Shown here in pieces: positions 9,665-19,670 of a stretch of 64,000 bases of DNA; the first letter of the stretch is position 1, and each line of letters opens with the position of its first letter. The notes below the pieces were generated by a model. It did not search any database and had not been told where the DNA came from. It worked only from the letters and a program-made list of their open reading frames with translations. This DNA comes from Bacteroidota bacterium (GTDB taxonomy: Bacteria > Bacteroidota > Bacteroidia > UKL13-3). Position numbers and translations under genes: made by a program. The DNA lies in contig JAUXUD010000014.1 in assembly GCA_030680835.1 (NCBI GenBank), forward strand, positions 18,965 through 82,964, in the 5' to 3' direction.

Positions 9665-10957
9665 ATGATCGCAATAAAAGTTGAAAATCTTACCAAAGCA
9701 TATCAGATAGGCCAGTTCACTACCGGCACCTTGTCACGCGATATTGAGCGCTGGTGGGCATTGGCTCGTGGCAAGGAGGATCCGTTCCTGACAATCGGGG
9801 AAACCAATGACCGCTCTAAAAAAGGGAAAAGTGATATCGTCTGGAGCCTGAAAGATCTTAATTTTGAAATCGAACACGGCGAAGCCATTGGCATAATAGG
9901 CAAGAATGGTGCAGGAAAAAGCACCTTGTTGAAAATCTTAAGTCAGGTAACCATGCCAACCGCCGGTACAGTTAAATTGAAAGGCAGGGTAGCGAGTTTA
10001 TTGGAGGTAGGCACCGGCTTTCATCCGGAACTTACGGGCAGGGAAAATATATTCCTGAACGGTGCCATTATGGGGATGCGCAAAAGTGAAATCAAACTCA
10101 AGTTCGATGAAATCGTAGATTTTTCAGGAGTGGATAGGTATATTGATACTCCTGTTAAGAGATATTCATCAGGTATGTATGTAAGGCTCGCCTTTGCTGT
10201 TGCCGCTTATTTAGAAAGTGAAATACTCGTAGTTGATGAAGTACTTGCAGTGGGGGATTATGAATTTCAAAAGAAATGTCTGAGTAAAATGGGGGATTTG
10301 TCCAAAGGAGAGGGCAGAACAATTTTGTTCGTAAGTCATAACTTGCAGAGTATATCCAGTCTCTGTACAAAAGCTATCGTGCTTGTAAATGGTGAAATAA
10401 AATGCAATACCAATGTAACCGAAGCTATCGATTTTTATCAGAAAAGTATTATAAGCGGTAACAATACAATTGAACAAAGCAGAATTGGTGGCAGTGGTCA
10501 GGTCAGAATACAATCAATCAAGATTAAAGACAATCAGGGTATTATTTATTATAATCAGGAAATATGCTTCGAGTTTGAGCTTATTTCAAATTCAAATGAA
10601 ACTATTAATAATATATCATTATGGTTTGGTTTCTCTGATCTGAAAAATAATACAGTAATAAATTCATTCAGTAAAGAAAAAGTTGAAATACTCCCCTTTG
10701 CGACAGCTATATTATTTGTGACATTACCTCCTAACAGGAATTTGATGCCAGGCGAGTATCAGGTAGGATTTAACCTGGCAAAAAATGTTTCAGGTGTTAA
10801 TTACGAGCCACTGGATATGGTTGTTGGTTATCCTGTGTTTAGAGTAATTATTGGTCAGGATACCGGCGATAATCCTGTATCAATGGTTTCTTATTGGCCA
10901 CAAGGTTGGGGCTCGATTGCATACGAAAACAATATTAGAATTGAAAATAAATTATGA
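9665..10957 (+). CDS. wzt: Polysaccharide ABC transporter ATPase with C-terminal Wzt_C domain
   Basis: GKNGAGKS, YSSGM, VDEVLAVGD, VSH, plus ~160-aa beta-rich C-terminal extension. Confidence 0.93.
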   Translation: MIAIKVENLTKAYQIGQFTTGTLSRDIERWWALARGKEDPFLTIGETNDRSKKGKSDIVWSLKDLNFEIEHGEAIGIIGKNGAGKSTLLKILSQVTMPTAGTVKLKGRVASLLEVGTGFHPELTGRENIFLNGAIMGMRKSEIKLKFDEIVDFSGVDRYIDTPVKRYSSGMYVRLAFAVAAYLESEILVVDEVLAVGDYEFQKKCLSKMGDLSKGEGRTILFVSHNLQSISSLCTKAIVLVNGEIKCNTNVTEAIDFYQKSIISGNNTIEQSRIGGSGQVRIQSIKIKDNQGIIYYNQEICFEFELISNSNETINNISLWFGFSDLKNNTVINSFSKEKVEILPFATAILFVTLPPNRNLMPGEYQVGFNLAKNVSGVNYEPLDMVVGYPVFRVIIGQDTGDNPVSMVSYWPQGWGSIAYENNIRIENKL

Positions 10958-11730
10958 AAGTAGTAATACTTGCAGGAGGACTCGGAACCCGTATTTCAGA
11001 AGAATCCCATCTAAAACCAAAACCCATGGTTGAAATTGGCGATAAGCCAATACTTTGGCATATCATGAAAAATTTTTCAAGCCAGGGTTTTAACGATTTT
11101 ATTATTTGCCTTGGTTATAAAGGCTATATTATAAAAGAATATTTTTCCAATTATTTTTTGCATAATTCAGACATTACAATTGAAGTAAAAGATAACAATA
11201 TTAAAGTACATAATTCGAATGCAGAAGACTTTATAGTAACTTTAGTTGAAACAGGTTTACACACAAAAACCGCCGGACGCTTAAAAAGAATTCAAACGTA
11301 CGTCAAGGATGAAGAGTTTATACTAACCTATGGTGATGGCGTTTGCGATATTGACCTTCAAAAATTAATCAATTTCCACAAGGGGCATAGCCAGGTGGCT
11401 ACTGTCACAGCTATTCAGCCTGTTGGAAGGTATGGCGTGATGCAAATAAATTCCGATAATTCAGTTGGGGTTTTCATGGAAAAAATGAAGGGAGATGAAG
11501 GTTGGATAAATGGCGGTTATTTTATTTTACGGCCTCAGGTTTTTGACTATTTGCCGCCGGATGCCGACAATGTGATGTGGGAAGAGTCCCCGATGCAGAA
11601 GTTAGCAAAAAATAATCAATTAATGGCTTACCAGCATGAAGGATTTTGGAAATGTATGGATGCTATTCGCGATAAGATTGAGCTTGAAGAAATCTGGAAT
11701 TCAGGAAATGCTAAATGGAAAATCTGGTAA
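10954..11730 (+). CDS. rfbF: Glucose-1-phosphate cytidylyltransferase
   Basis: LAGGLGTRISEES..KPKPMVEIG, TAGRLK, TYGDGV, GFWKCMD. Confidence 0.93.
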   Translation: MKVVILAGGLGTRISEESHLKPKPMVEIGDKPILWHIMKNFSSQGFNDFIICLGYKGYIIKEYFSNYFLHNSDITIEVKDNNIKVHNSNAEDFIVTLVETGLHTKTAGRLKRIQTYVKDEEFILTYGDGVCDIDLQKLINFHKGHSQVATVTAIQPVGRYGVMQINSDNSVGVFMEKMKGDEGWINGGYFILRPQVFDYLPPDADNVMWEESPMQKLAKNNQLMAYQHEGFWKCMDAIRDKIELEEIWNSGNAKWKIW

Positions 11731-11746
11731 AAAAAATAAAAAATAT

Positions 11747-12760
11747 ATGAGAGTATTTGTAACGGGTCATCAGGGATTTATAGGCCCACATTTAATTGAA
11801 ATATTAAAGTCCAAAGGGCATTTTGTAACCGGATGCGATATTAATTTATTTGGCGATTGCAAAATTTCTGAAGTTGTTAAACCTGATATTGAACTTGAAA
11901 AAGACATAAGGAATGTAACAGTTGAAGATTTATATGGCTATGATTGTGTTATGCACCTCGCTGCCATTTCGAACGATCCAATGGGAAATTTTGATCCTGA
12001 ATTAACATACAGCATCAATAAAGAAGGTTCAATAAATATAGGTGCACTGGCAAAAAAAGCCGGTGTAAAAAAGTTTTTATTTTCAAGTAGTTGTTCTATT
12101 TATGGAAAGGGTGAAAGTTTGGATTTAGATGAAAACGCTTCATTTAACCCACTTACCGCTTATGCCATTTCAAAAATAGAAACCGAGAAAGCGGTTAGTA
12201 ACATGGCAGATGAAAATTTCTGTCCGGTTTTTTTACGTAACTCGACCGCTTATGGTTATTCACCAATGTTTAGGATAGATTTAGTAGTAAATAATTTTTT
12301 AGCTTGTGCGGTTGCAAAAGGTGACATTAAAATTATGAGTGATGGTGAACCCTGGCGGCCTTTAGTGCACTGTAGGGATATTGCCAGGGCCTTTGTTGCC
12401 GTTGCAGAAGCTCCTACTGAAACCGTGTTTAACAAAGCCATTAATATTGGCGGAAACAAAGAGAATTACCAGGTAAAAGAAGTAGCTAAATTTGTACAGG
12501 ATTTAATGCCTGAAGCGAATATTGTTTTCACCGGGGAAGTCGGAAACGACCCAAGGGATTACCGTGTGAATTTTGATTTGTTATATAAACTTTTGCCCGG
12601 TTTTGAACTGGAATACACACTTAAAAAAGGAATGAGTGAGTTGTATGGGTATTTGAAAAAATCAAATTTTTCAGCTAAGGATTTTGATGGTGACAGATTT
12701 GTAAGAATGAAATTGTTGAAAAATAATCTTCATAAAATAACAACACCTGATGAAGTTTAA
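11747..12760 (+). CDS. NAD-dependent NDP-sugar epimerase/dehydratase (SDR)
   Basis: TGHQGFIG, HLAAISNDP, SSCSIYG, YAISK, DPRDYRV; true start probably the ATG at 11747. Confidence 0.88.
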   Translation: MRVFVTGHQGFIGPHLIEILKSKGHFVTGCDINLFGDCKISEVVKPDIELEKDIRNVTVEDLYGYDCVMHLAAISNDPMGNFDPELTYSINKEGSINIGALAKKAGVKKFLFSSSCSIYGKGESLDLDENASFNPLTAYAISKIETEKAVSNMADENFCPVFLRNSTAYGYSPMFRIDLVVNNFLACAVAKGDIKIMSDGEPWRPLVHCRDIARAFVAVAEAPTETVFNKAINIGGNKENYQVKEVAKFVQDLMPEANIVFTGEVGNDPRDYRVNFDLLYKLLPGFELEYTLKKGMSELYGYLKKSNFSAKDFDGDRFVRMKLLKNNLHKITTPDEV

Positions 12761-13295
12761 ACCAACGAATTTTGAAGGTTTAATTCTTGTAGAATCGGAG
12801 CCAAAAGGTGACGAAAGAGGATGGTTTGCAAGAACATTTTGCAAGGAAGAGTTTAAGCAAATAGGCCATACCGAGGAATGGTTGCAAACCAATCATTCTT
12901 ATACGCAACATAGCGGGACCATAAGAGGTATTCACTATCAACTTCCTCCATATCAGGAAATAAAGTTGGTTCGGTGTATTGCAGGTTCCGTATTCGATGT
13001 GGTGGTGGATATCAGGAAAAATTCATCCACCTTTTTACAGTGGTTTAGTATTGAACTTTCGGCAACCAATAAAAAAGCGATATATATACCCAAAGGCTTT
13101 GCACATGGTTTTCAAACCCTAAGCAATGATTGTGAACTTATTTATTATCATACACAATTTTATACGCCAAACAGCGAAGCTGCGATAAGGTATAACGATG
13201 AAATGATAAATATAAAATGGCCCTTACTTGTGACCGATATGTCGGATAAAGATAAAAGCCATCCACTACTCACAAAAGATTATAAAGGAATATAA
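12750..13295 (+). CDS. rfbC: NDP-4-keto-6-deoxyhexose 3,5-epimerase (RmlC family)
   Basis: DERGWF, RGIHYQ, KLVRC..G.VFDVVVDIR, PKGFAHGFQTL. Confidence 0.9.
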   Translation: MKFKPTNFEGLILVESEPKGDERGWFARTFCKEEFKQIGHTEEWLQTNHSYTQHSGTIRGIHYQLPPYQEIKLVRCIAGSVFDVVVDIRKNSSTFLQWFSIELSATNKKAIYIPKGFAHGFQTLSNDCELIYYHTQFYTPNSEAAIRYNDEMINIKWPLLVTDMSDKDKSHPLLTKDYKGI

Positions 13296-13297
13296 TT

Positions 13298-15634
13298 ATG
13301 CAATGCAGATTTTGTAAAACTGAATTAGTACATGAGTTTATTGACCTGGTTAATTGTCCTGCAAGCAATAGCTTTCTTACCATAGAACAACTTAGCGAAC
13401 CTGAAGTTTTTTACCCCTTAAAAGTTTATACTTGTCACAAATGTTTTTTGGTGCAGGTAGATGAGTACAAAAAATCGGATGCTATTTTTAGCAGCGATTA
13501 CGTTTATTTTTCTTCATTCTCTACTACCTGGCTGCAACACAGCAAAGCTTACGTTGAAAAAATGATTCAACGTTTTGACTTTGATCAAAATTCATTCGTG
13601 ATGGAGATCGCCAGTAATGACGGATATTTGCTGCAATATTTTAAAGAAAAAGGAGTGCCAGTTTTAGGGATTGAACCAACTATAAATACTGCTAACGCTG
13701 CCAGGGAAAAAGGTATTGAAAGTGTAAATGAATTTTTCGGAACAGCGCTAGCAACCAGCTTAGCCCAACAAAAAAAGCCGGATCTTTTATTGGGAAATAA
13801 TGTCCTCGCTCATGTGCCGGATATTGTAGATTTTGTTGCCGGAATGAAAATTGTATTGGCTGATAAAGGTGTGATAACTATGGAGTTCCCGCACCTATTG
13901 CAATTGGTTGACAATAACCAGTTCGACACCATTTATCACGAGCATTTTTCTTACTTATCTTTCTTCACGGTAAAACAGATTTTTGAATCCCGCGGACTTG
14001 AAATGTTTGATGTGGAAGAGATTCCCACACATGGTGGTTCTCTTCGTATTTATGCCAAACATAAAGGTGATTCATCCAAACCCATATCTGCAAATGTTCA
14101 ACAATTAATCAATAAGGAAATAAGTTCCGGTATTAATAATATCGAATATTATAACGGTTTCTTTAAAAGGGCTCAAACTGTTAAAATAGATTTATTGAAT
14201 TTTTTGATTAAACAGAAAAACGAAGGGAAAACTGTCGCTGCATATGGAGCTGCTGCCAAAGGTAACACGCTGTTGAACTTTTGTGGAATTAAAAATGATT
14301 TGATCAGTTTTGTTGTGGATGCGAATCCTGCCAAACAAAACAAATTCTTACCCGGTAGCCATATTCCGGTGATGAATGAGGCATACTTGAAGAATACAAA
14401 ACCTGCTTATGTTATCATCTTTCCCTGGAATCTTAAGGAAGAGATCGTGAAACAATTAGATTATATTAATGAATGGGAAGGGAAATTTGTCATACCCATT
14501 CCGAAATTAGAAATTATGAACACCGCAGTACAACAAAGGATCCCAATTTCAAAACCTTCTATTACCCAGTTAGAAATTAATTATGTGAATGATGCCATAA
14601 CTAATGGATGGGGATCCCATTGTTATGATTATATCATTCGTTTTCAAAAATTATTCGCATCCTATTTGAAATCGGATTATGCCTTGGCTACTTCAAGTTG
14701 TACCGGGGCCATACATCTTGCTTTTCTTTCTATCGGGTTACAACCCGGAGACGAAGTGATATGTCCTGATATCACCTGGATAGCCTCAGTAGCCCCTATC
14801 ACTTATATCGGAGCAAAACCGGTATTTGTTGACGTTAAAAAAGACACCTGGTGTATTGATCCTGAAAAAATTGAACAGGCAATTACCTCCAGAACAAAAG
14901 CCATCATGCCTGTGCACCTATACGGAAATGTATGTGAAATGGATGAGATCATGGCAATTGCAAAAAAATATAATTTGTTTGTCATCGAAGACGCTGCGGA
15001 GGCTTTGGGCTCTGAATATAAGGGAAAGAAAGTTGGCAGCATCGGAGACTTTGGCGCATTTTCTTTTCACGGCACAAAAACGATGACTACAAGTGAAGGC
15101 GGGATGCTGGTGACAAACAATAAAACTTTGTTTGATGAAGCATTAATTTACAATGATCATGGCAGAGACCATCGGAATCCCAAAACATTCTGGATGGAGC
15201 GGATTGGCTATAAATATAAAATCTCAAACTTACAGGCTGCCTTAGGTTGTGCACAGGTTGAACGGCTTGAAGATTTAGTGAATAAAAAAAGGGAAATATT
15301 TAATAGCTACAAAACACTTTTAAATGGTTTGCCCGGTTTGAGCATGAATGCAGAACAGGAATATGTAAAAAACAGTTACTGGATGCCAACAATCATATTT
15401 GACGAACCGGTAAATTTTAACAGGGAAAATTTATTTGCACAAATGAAAGAACACAATATTGACAGCAGGCCTTTCTTTTACCCCTTATCCTTTCTGCCTA
15501 TGTTTGAAACAAAAAAAGAAAACACCGTGTCATATGGTATTTATGATAGAGGAATTAATCTTCCAAGCTATTATGACATTACTCAAAAAGAAATTGAAAA
15601 AGTGGTTAATGTTATTAAAAGTAAAGTAAAGTGA
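13298..15634 (+). CDS. Fusion: NDP-sugar C-methyltransferase (aa 1-~406) + DegT/DnrJ PLP aminotransferase (aa ~407-778)
   Basis: CRFC/CHKC zinc motif, EIASNDG, NNVLAHVP, YHEHFSY, YGAAAKG; then SCTGAIH, EDAAEA, FSFHGTK. Confidence 0.88.
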   Translation: MQCRFCKTELVHEFIDLVNCPASNSFLTIEQLSEPEVFYPLKVYTCHKCFLVQVDEYKKSDAIFSSDYVYFSSFSTTWLQHSKAYVEKMIQRFDFDQNSFVMEIASNDGYLLQYFKEKGVPVLGIEPTINTANAAREKGIESVNEFFGTALATSLAQQKKPDLLLGNNVLAHVPDIVDFVAGMKIVLADKGVITMEFPHLLQLVDNNQFDTIYHEHFSYLSFFTVKQIFESRGLEMFDVEEIPTHGGSLRIYAKHKGDSSKPISANVQQLINKEISSGINNIEYYNGFFKRAQTVKIDLLNFLIKQKNEGKTVAAYGAAAKGNTLLNFCGIKNDLISFVVDANPAKQNKFLPGSHIPVMNEAYLKNTKPAYVIIFPWNLKEEIVKQLDYINEWEGKFVIPIPKLEIMNTAVQQRIPISKPSITQLEINYVNDAITNGWGSHCYDYIIRFQKLFASYLKSDYALATSSCTGAIHLAFLSIGLQPGDEVICPDITWIASVAPITYIGAKPVFVDVKKDTWCIDPEKIEQAITSRTKAIMPVHLYGNVCEMDEIMAIAKKYNLFVIEDAAEALGSEYKGKKVGSIGDFGAFSFHGTKTMTTSEGGMLVTNNKTLFDEALIYNDHGRDHRNPKTFWMERIGYKYKISNLQAALGCAQVERLEDLVNKKREIFNSYKTLLNGLPGLSMNAEQEYVKNSYWMPTIIFDEPVNFNRENLFAQMKEHNIDSRPFFYPLSFLPMFETKKENTVSYGIYDRGINLPSYYDITQKEIEKVVNVIKSKVK

Positions 15635-15662
15635 GAATTTTAGGCTTATTTCTGTAATCAGC

Positions 15663-16304
15663 ATGCAAAATCATACCCTTATCAATAAAATCAAGTCTCA
15701 AAATATCGTTTATGATGTAATTCGAGATGACCAAACTGTTATCTCGCAACTATTACCAGTTAATTATAAAATAATCAACGATGACTTTTTAATTAACCAG
15801 CTTACAAAGTGGCGTAATGAATCAATGCGTTTTTTTAAATCCCAGTTTAAATCTACATCAGAAGGCACTAAAACCTGGCTCACAGAAAAAATAGTACCAG
15901 CTAACGATAGAATATTATTTTTAGTGTCCAGTAAAGGAAAGGTAGTTGGACATTTTGGATTATGTAATATAACAGATATTTCAGCAGAATTAGATAATGC
16001 AATACGTGGTGAAATTGGAGGGCCATCAGATTTATTTGCCTTTGTTGAAAAAACTTTATTGAATATATCGTTTACTGAATTAAACGTTGAACAGGTGGTT
16101 GCTAAGGTGTTTTCTAATAATATTTTTGCTTTGCAATTGCATAAGAATCTTGGTTTTCAAGAAAAAAACCGAGTACCACTAAAATTAATAATATCTGAAA
16201 ACAAAAAGGTTTATGAAGAATGTTTAAGAAAAGACGCTAATGTAAATTTTGATTATGCAGAATTAGTTATTAGCAAGTCTGATTATATGGAAATACATAA
16301 GTGA
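15663..16304 (+). CDS. GNAT family N-acyltransferase (PseH-like)
   Basis: KWRNE, VGHFGL, KVFSNNIFALQLHKNLGF. Confidence 0.75.
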   Translation: MQNHTLINKIKSQNIVYDVIRDDQTVISQLLPVNYKIINDDFLINQLTKWRNESMRFFKSQFKSTSEGTKTWLTEKIVPANDRILFLVSSKGKVVGHFGLCNITDISAELDNAIRGEIGGPSDLFAFVEKTLLNISFTELNVEQVVAKVFSNNIFALQLHKNLGFQEKNRVPLKLIISENKKVYEECLRKDANVNFDYAELVISKSDYMEIHK

Positions 16305-16384
16305 GCAACTTATTAATAATGAGTGAAACTAATAGTCCATAAAATTTAATTTAGATGAGTAGAAGACCTAAATTTATAAATAAA

Positions 16385-16699
16385 ATGTTACAAAGAGAAA
16401 AAATAAAAGAAATAGTATTAAATACTATCAAGGAGTTTCAAGTTGAACTTGATGATGATAATTTTAATCTCAATGAAGGTGAAACAACACGCTTATTTGG
16501 AGGTGGAGCTTCGCTTGATTCTTTAAGCCTGGTAAGGTTGATTATACAAATTGAAGAAGCTATTGAAGAACATTTAAATATTTCAATTGTATTGGCAAGC
16601 GAACAAGCGATGTCTAGAAGGACTAGTCCTTTTTCACGAATTTCATATCTTATTGACTATATTTATGAGTTAGTTAATACTCAACAAAATGGAAAGTAA
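16385..16699 (+). CDS. Acyl carrier protein
   Basis: Small acidic protein with LFG..LDSLSLV phosphopantetheine-serine motif. Confidence 0.85.
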   Translation: MLQREKIKEIVLNTIKEFQVELDDDNFNLNEGETTRLFGGGASLDSLSLVRLIIQIEEAIEEHLNISIVLASEQAMSRRTSPFSRISYLIDYIYELVNTQQNGK

Positions 16700-17396
16700 T
16701 AAGGTAATTTTAATCACCGGGAGTCGTAAAGGAATAGGAAGAGGTCTTGCAGAATATTATTTAGAAAAAAAATATTTCGTTGTTGGCTGTAGTAGGCTTG
16801 CATCTGATTTATCTCATTCTAATTATCTTCATTTTACGCTTGATATTTCTGATGAACTTGCAGTAAAAAAGATGATGATATCTGTCAAAGACAAATTTGG
16901 AAAACTTGATATTTTAATTAATAATGCAGGAATTGCATCAATGAATCATGTATTACTTACACCTCTTTCAACAGTTATTAAGTTATTTGAAACTAATTTC
17001 TTAGGGACTTTTTTATGTAGCAGAGAAGCAGTAAAATTGATGCAAAAAAAGAAATTTGGCAGAATAGTCAATCTAACCAGTATAGCTGTCCCATTACAAT
17101 TGGAGGGTGAAGCTATTTATGCTTCATCAAAATCTGCAGTTGAGCAACTGACTAAAAATATGGCTAAAGAATTAGGAGTTTTTGGTATAACAATGAACGC
17201 AATTGGCCCAACACCTATTGAAACTGACTTAATTAAAGCCGTTCCAAAAAATAAGATTGAAGATTTATTAGATAAACAAACTATTAAAAGATATGGAAAC
17301 CTAAATGATATTATCAACATCGTAGAATTCTTTATTTCGCCAAATAGTTCATTTATCACCGGCCAAATTCTTTATCTTGGAGGAATTGTAAAATAA
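16689..17396 (+). CDS. FabG-like 3-oxoacyl-ACP reductase (SDR)
   Basis: TGSRKGIG, NNAG, YASSK, ITGQ. Confidence 0.88.
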   Translation: MESNKVILITGSRKGIGRGLAEYYLEKKYFVVGCSRLASDLSHSNYLHFTLDISDELAVKKMMISVKDKFGKLDILINNAGIASMNHVLLTPLSTVIKLFETNFLGTFLCSREAVKLMQKKKFGRIVNLTSIAVPLQLEGEAIYASSKSAVEQLTKNMAKELGVFGITMNAIGPTPIETDLIKAVPKNKIEDLLDKQTIKRYGNLNDIINIVEFFISPNSSFITGQILYLGGIVK

Positions 17397-17403
17397 ACAA
17401 ACT

Positions 17404-18765
17404 ATGTTTAATAATTTATTTGTAAATAAAATATTCTCATTTACCGACAATGTTGCAGTAATCATAAATGATATTTCATTTACATATGTTCATTTAAATG
17501 AATCAGTAAAAAAAGCTTGTAAATTTCTTATTGAGCAGAAAATTATTCCTGGAAAATCAGTGGTAATTAAAGCCGATTATAATTTTGAAAGTATCTCTCT
17601 TTTTTTAGCATTAATTGAAAATAGAAATATTATTATACCAATTACAACAAAAAACACTGTAGAATTTAATGATAGACTAAATGAAGCTAATTGTGATTTT
17701 ATTATTACCATTGTTAATGGAGAATTTGAAACCGAAATAATAAATAAAGACCAAGCAAACACTTCTCATTATCTTATTTCTGAAATAGTAGAAAAAGATG
17801 TATCTGGACTCATATTATTCAGTAGCGGAAGCACAGGTCGACCAAAAGCCATGATTCACAATCTGGATAATATCACCTCTACCTTCATGGATAAAAGAGG
17901 CAAACCTTTGATTTTTTTAGTTTTTCTAAGTTTCGATCATATAGGTGGTTTAAATACACTATTTAATTGTTTGGCCATGGGTGCAACCATTGTGATTCCT
18001 AATGAGCGTAAACCTGAAATAATATGCAATTTAATTCAAAAATATAAGATTTCCATTTTGCCATCAAGTCCAACTTTTTTGAATTTGTTGTTAATCAGTA
18101 AAGCTCATGAACACTACGATTTATCTAGCTTAAAAATGATTACCTATGGAACAGAGCCAATGCCAGAAAGTTTATTATTAAAATTAAGAACAGAATTACC
18201 TCATGTAAGATTTATGCAAACCTTTGGAACAAGCGAAACCGGAATAGTAAAAACACAAAGTAAGTCATCAAGTAGTTTATTTTTAAAATTTGAAGATCCT
18301 AACCAAGAACATAAAATTGTTGATGGAGAATTATGGTTAAGAAGCAAAACACAAATTTTAGGTTACTTAAATCATTCAAATGAAAGCTTTACTAAAGATG
18401 GATGGTTTAAAACTGGTGACATTGTAGAAGTGTTGGAAGATGGTTACTTAAAAATTATCGGAAGATCTAAAGAAATAATTAATATAGGAGGAGAAAAAGT
18501 ACTTCCCATGGAAGTAGAAAACCTTATTTTGCAAATAGACGGAGTCAACGATTGTGTTGTTTTCGGACAGCAAAATGCAATCATGGGCCAAATAGTTACT
18601 GCAAATATTAGCATAAACGAAAAATCTGATCCTGTTCAGATTAAGAAGGAAGTAATAAAACTTTGTAAGGAAAAACTTGATAATTATAAAATTCCTTCAA
18701 AGGTTAATATTGTTTCAATGATTGATTTTAATGACCGATTTAAAAAAGACAGAAAACTTCAATAA
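17404..18765 (+). CDS. AMP-dependent acyl-CoA/acyl-ACP ligase
   Basis: FSSGSTGRPK, FGTSETG, WFKTGD, GRSKEIINIGGEKV.P.EVE. Confidence 0.9.
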   Translation: MFNNLFVNKIFSFTDNVAVIINDISFTYVHLNESVKKACKFLIEQKIIPGKSVVIKADYNFESISLFLALIENRNIIIPITTKNTVEFNDRLNEANCDFIITIVNGEFETEIINKDQANTSHYLISEIVEKDVSGLILFSSGSTGRPKAMIHNLDNITSTFMDKRGKPLIFLVFLSFDHIGGLNTLFNCLAMGATIVIPNERKPEIICNLIQKYKISILPSSPTFLNLLLISKAHEHYDLSSLKMITYGTEPMPESLLLKLRTELPHVRFMQTFGTSETGIVKTQSKSSSSLFLKFEDPNQEHKIVDGELWLRSKTQILGYLNHSNESFTKDGWFKTGDIVEVLEDGYLKIIGRSKEIINIGGEKVLPMEVENLILQIDGVNDCVVFGQQNAIMGQIVTANISINEKSDPVQIKKEVIKLCKEKLDNYKIPSKVNIVSMIDFNDRFKKDRKLQ

Positions 18766-18843
18766 AGCTTCAATTTTTAGTTATTATAAACCACTGCATT
18801 CAGCATTACATATTAAATCATTCAACAAATATAAAAATAAAAT

Positions 18844-19578
18844 ATGGATCCAATTAACCAATTTAACGAAGAAAAAAAACAAAATATTGAAGCGCTTGGA
18901 AAAAATGAGGATCTAAATCAGTTAGGCCTTGATTTTTTGATTGACACGGCTAAAGACAAGTATACTTACAATTTTACCTGGATGGGGCGACCCATTATTG
19001 CTTTTCCACAAGATATGGTTGCAATGCAGGAAATTATTTGGGATGTAAAACCGGAGTTAATAATTGAAACTGGAGTTGCCCACGGTGGATCTATTGTATA
19101 CTATGCGTCTTTGCTTGAGCTTTTGGGCAATAATGGCCTCGTGGTGGGTATAGACATTGATATACGCGCACATAACAGGAAATTAATTGAAGAGCACCCC
19201 ATGAGCAAAAGGATCAAATTGGTGGAAGGTTCTTCTATTAGTGAAAAAGTGTTTGATGAGGTTAAAAATATTGCTAAAGGCAGGAATAAAATAATGATCT
19301 GCCTTGATAGCAATCATACGCACGAACATGTTTTGGAGGAATTAAAACTTTATGCCCCGCTAACATCTGTTGGCAGTTATTGCGTGGTGTTTGATACCGT
19401 AGTTGAAGATATGCCGGATAGTCATTTTGAAAACCGTCCGTGGGGGCATGGCAATAATCCCAAAACTGCTGTTTGGGAATTTCTTAAAACACATGAAGAG
19501 TTTGAAATCGACAAGGGTATTCAAGACAAGCTGCTGATTACCGTCGCGCCGGATGGTTATTTGAAGAGGATTAGGTAA
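18844..19578 (+). CDS. CmcI ('cephalosporin hydroxylase') family SAM-dependent sugar O-methyltransferase
   Basis: YNFTWMGRPII..PQD, IETGVAHGGS, LDSNHTHEHV, GNNPKTAV. Confidence 0.88.
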   Translation: MDPINQFNEEKKQNIEALGKNEDLNQLGLDFLIDTAKDKYTYNFTWMGRPIIAFPQDMVAMQEIIWDVKPELIIETGVAHGGSIVYYASLLELLGNNGLVVGIDIDIRAHNRKLIEEHPMSKRIKLVEGSSISEKVFDEVKNIAKGRNKIMICLDSNHTHEHVLEELKLYAPLTSVGSYCVVFDTVVEDMPDSHFENRPWGHGNNPKTAVWEFLKTHEEFEIDKGIQDKLLITVAPDGYLKRIR

Positions 19579-19670
19579 GAAAATGCAATAAACGCAGACA
19601 ATTACATGATTTATGTATAAGCCTAAAAAAAAATCTGAGATGTGTAACTTCCCTTAAAAATGTAAATGAA

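Noticed and set aside
9652..11743. Poly-A runs before wzt and the SDR gene (also near 19625, 27951, 49243)
   Set aside because: They are intergenic A-rich initiation regions typical of Bacteroidota, with no evidence of slippage control.
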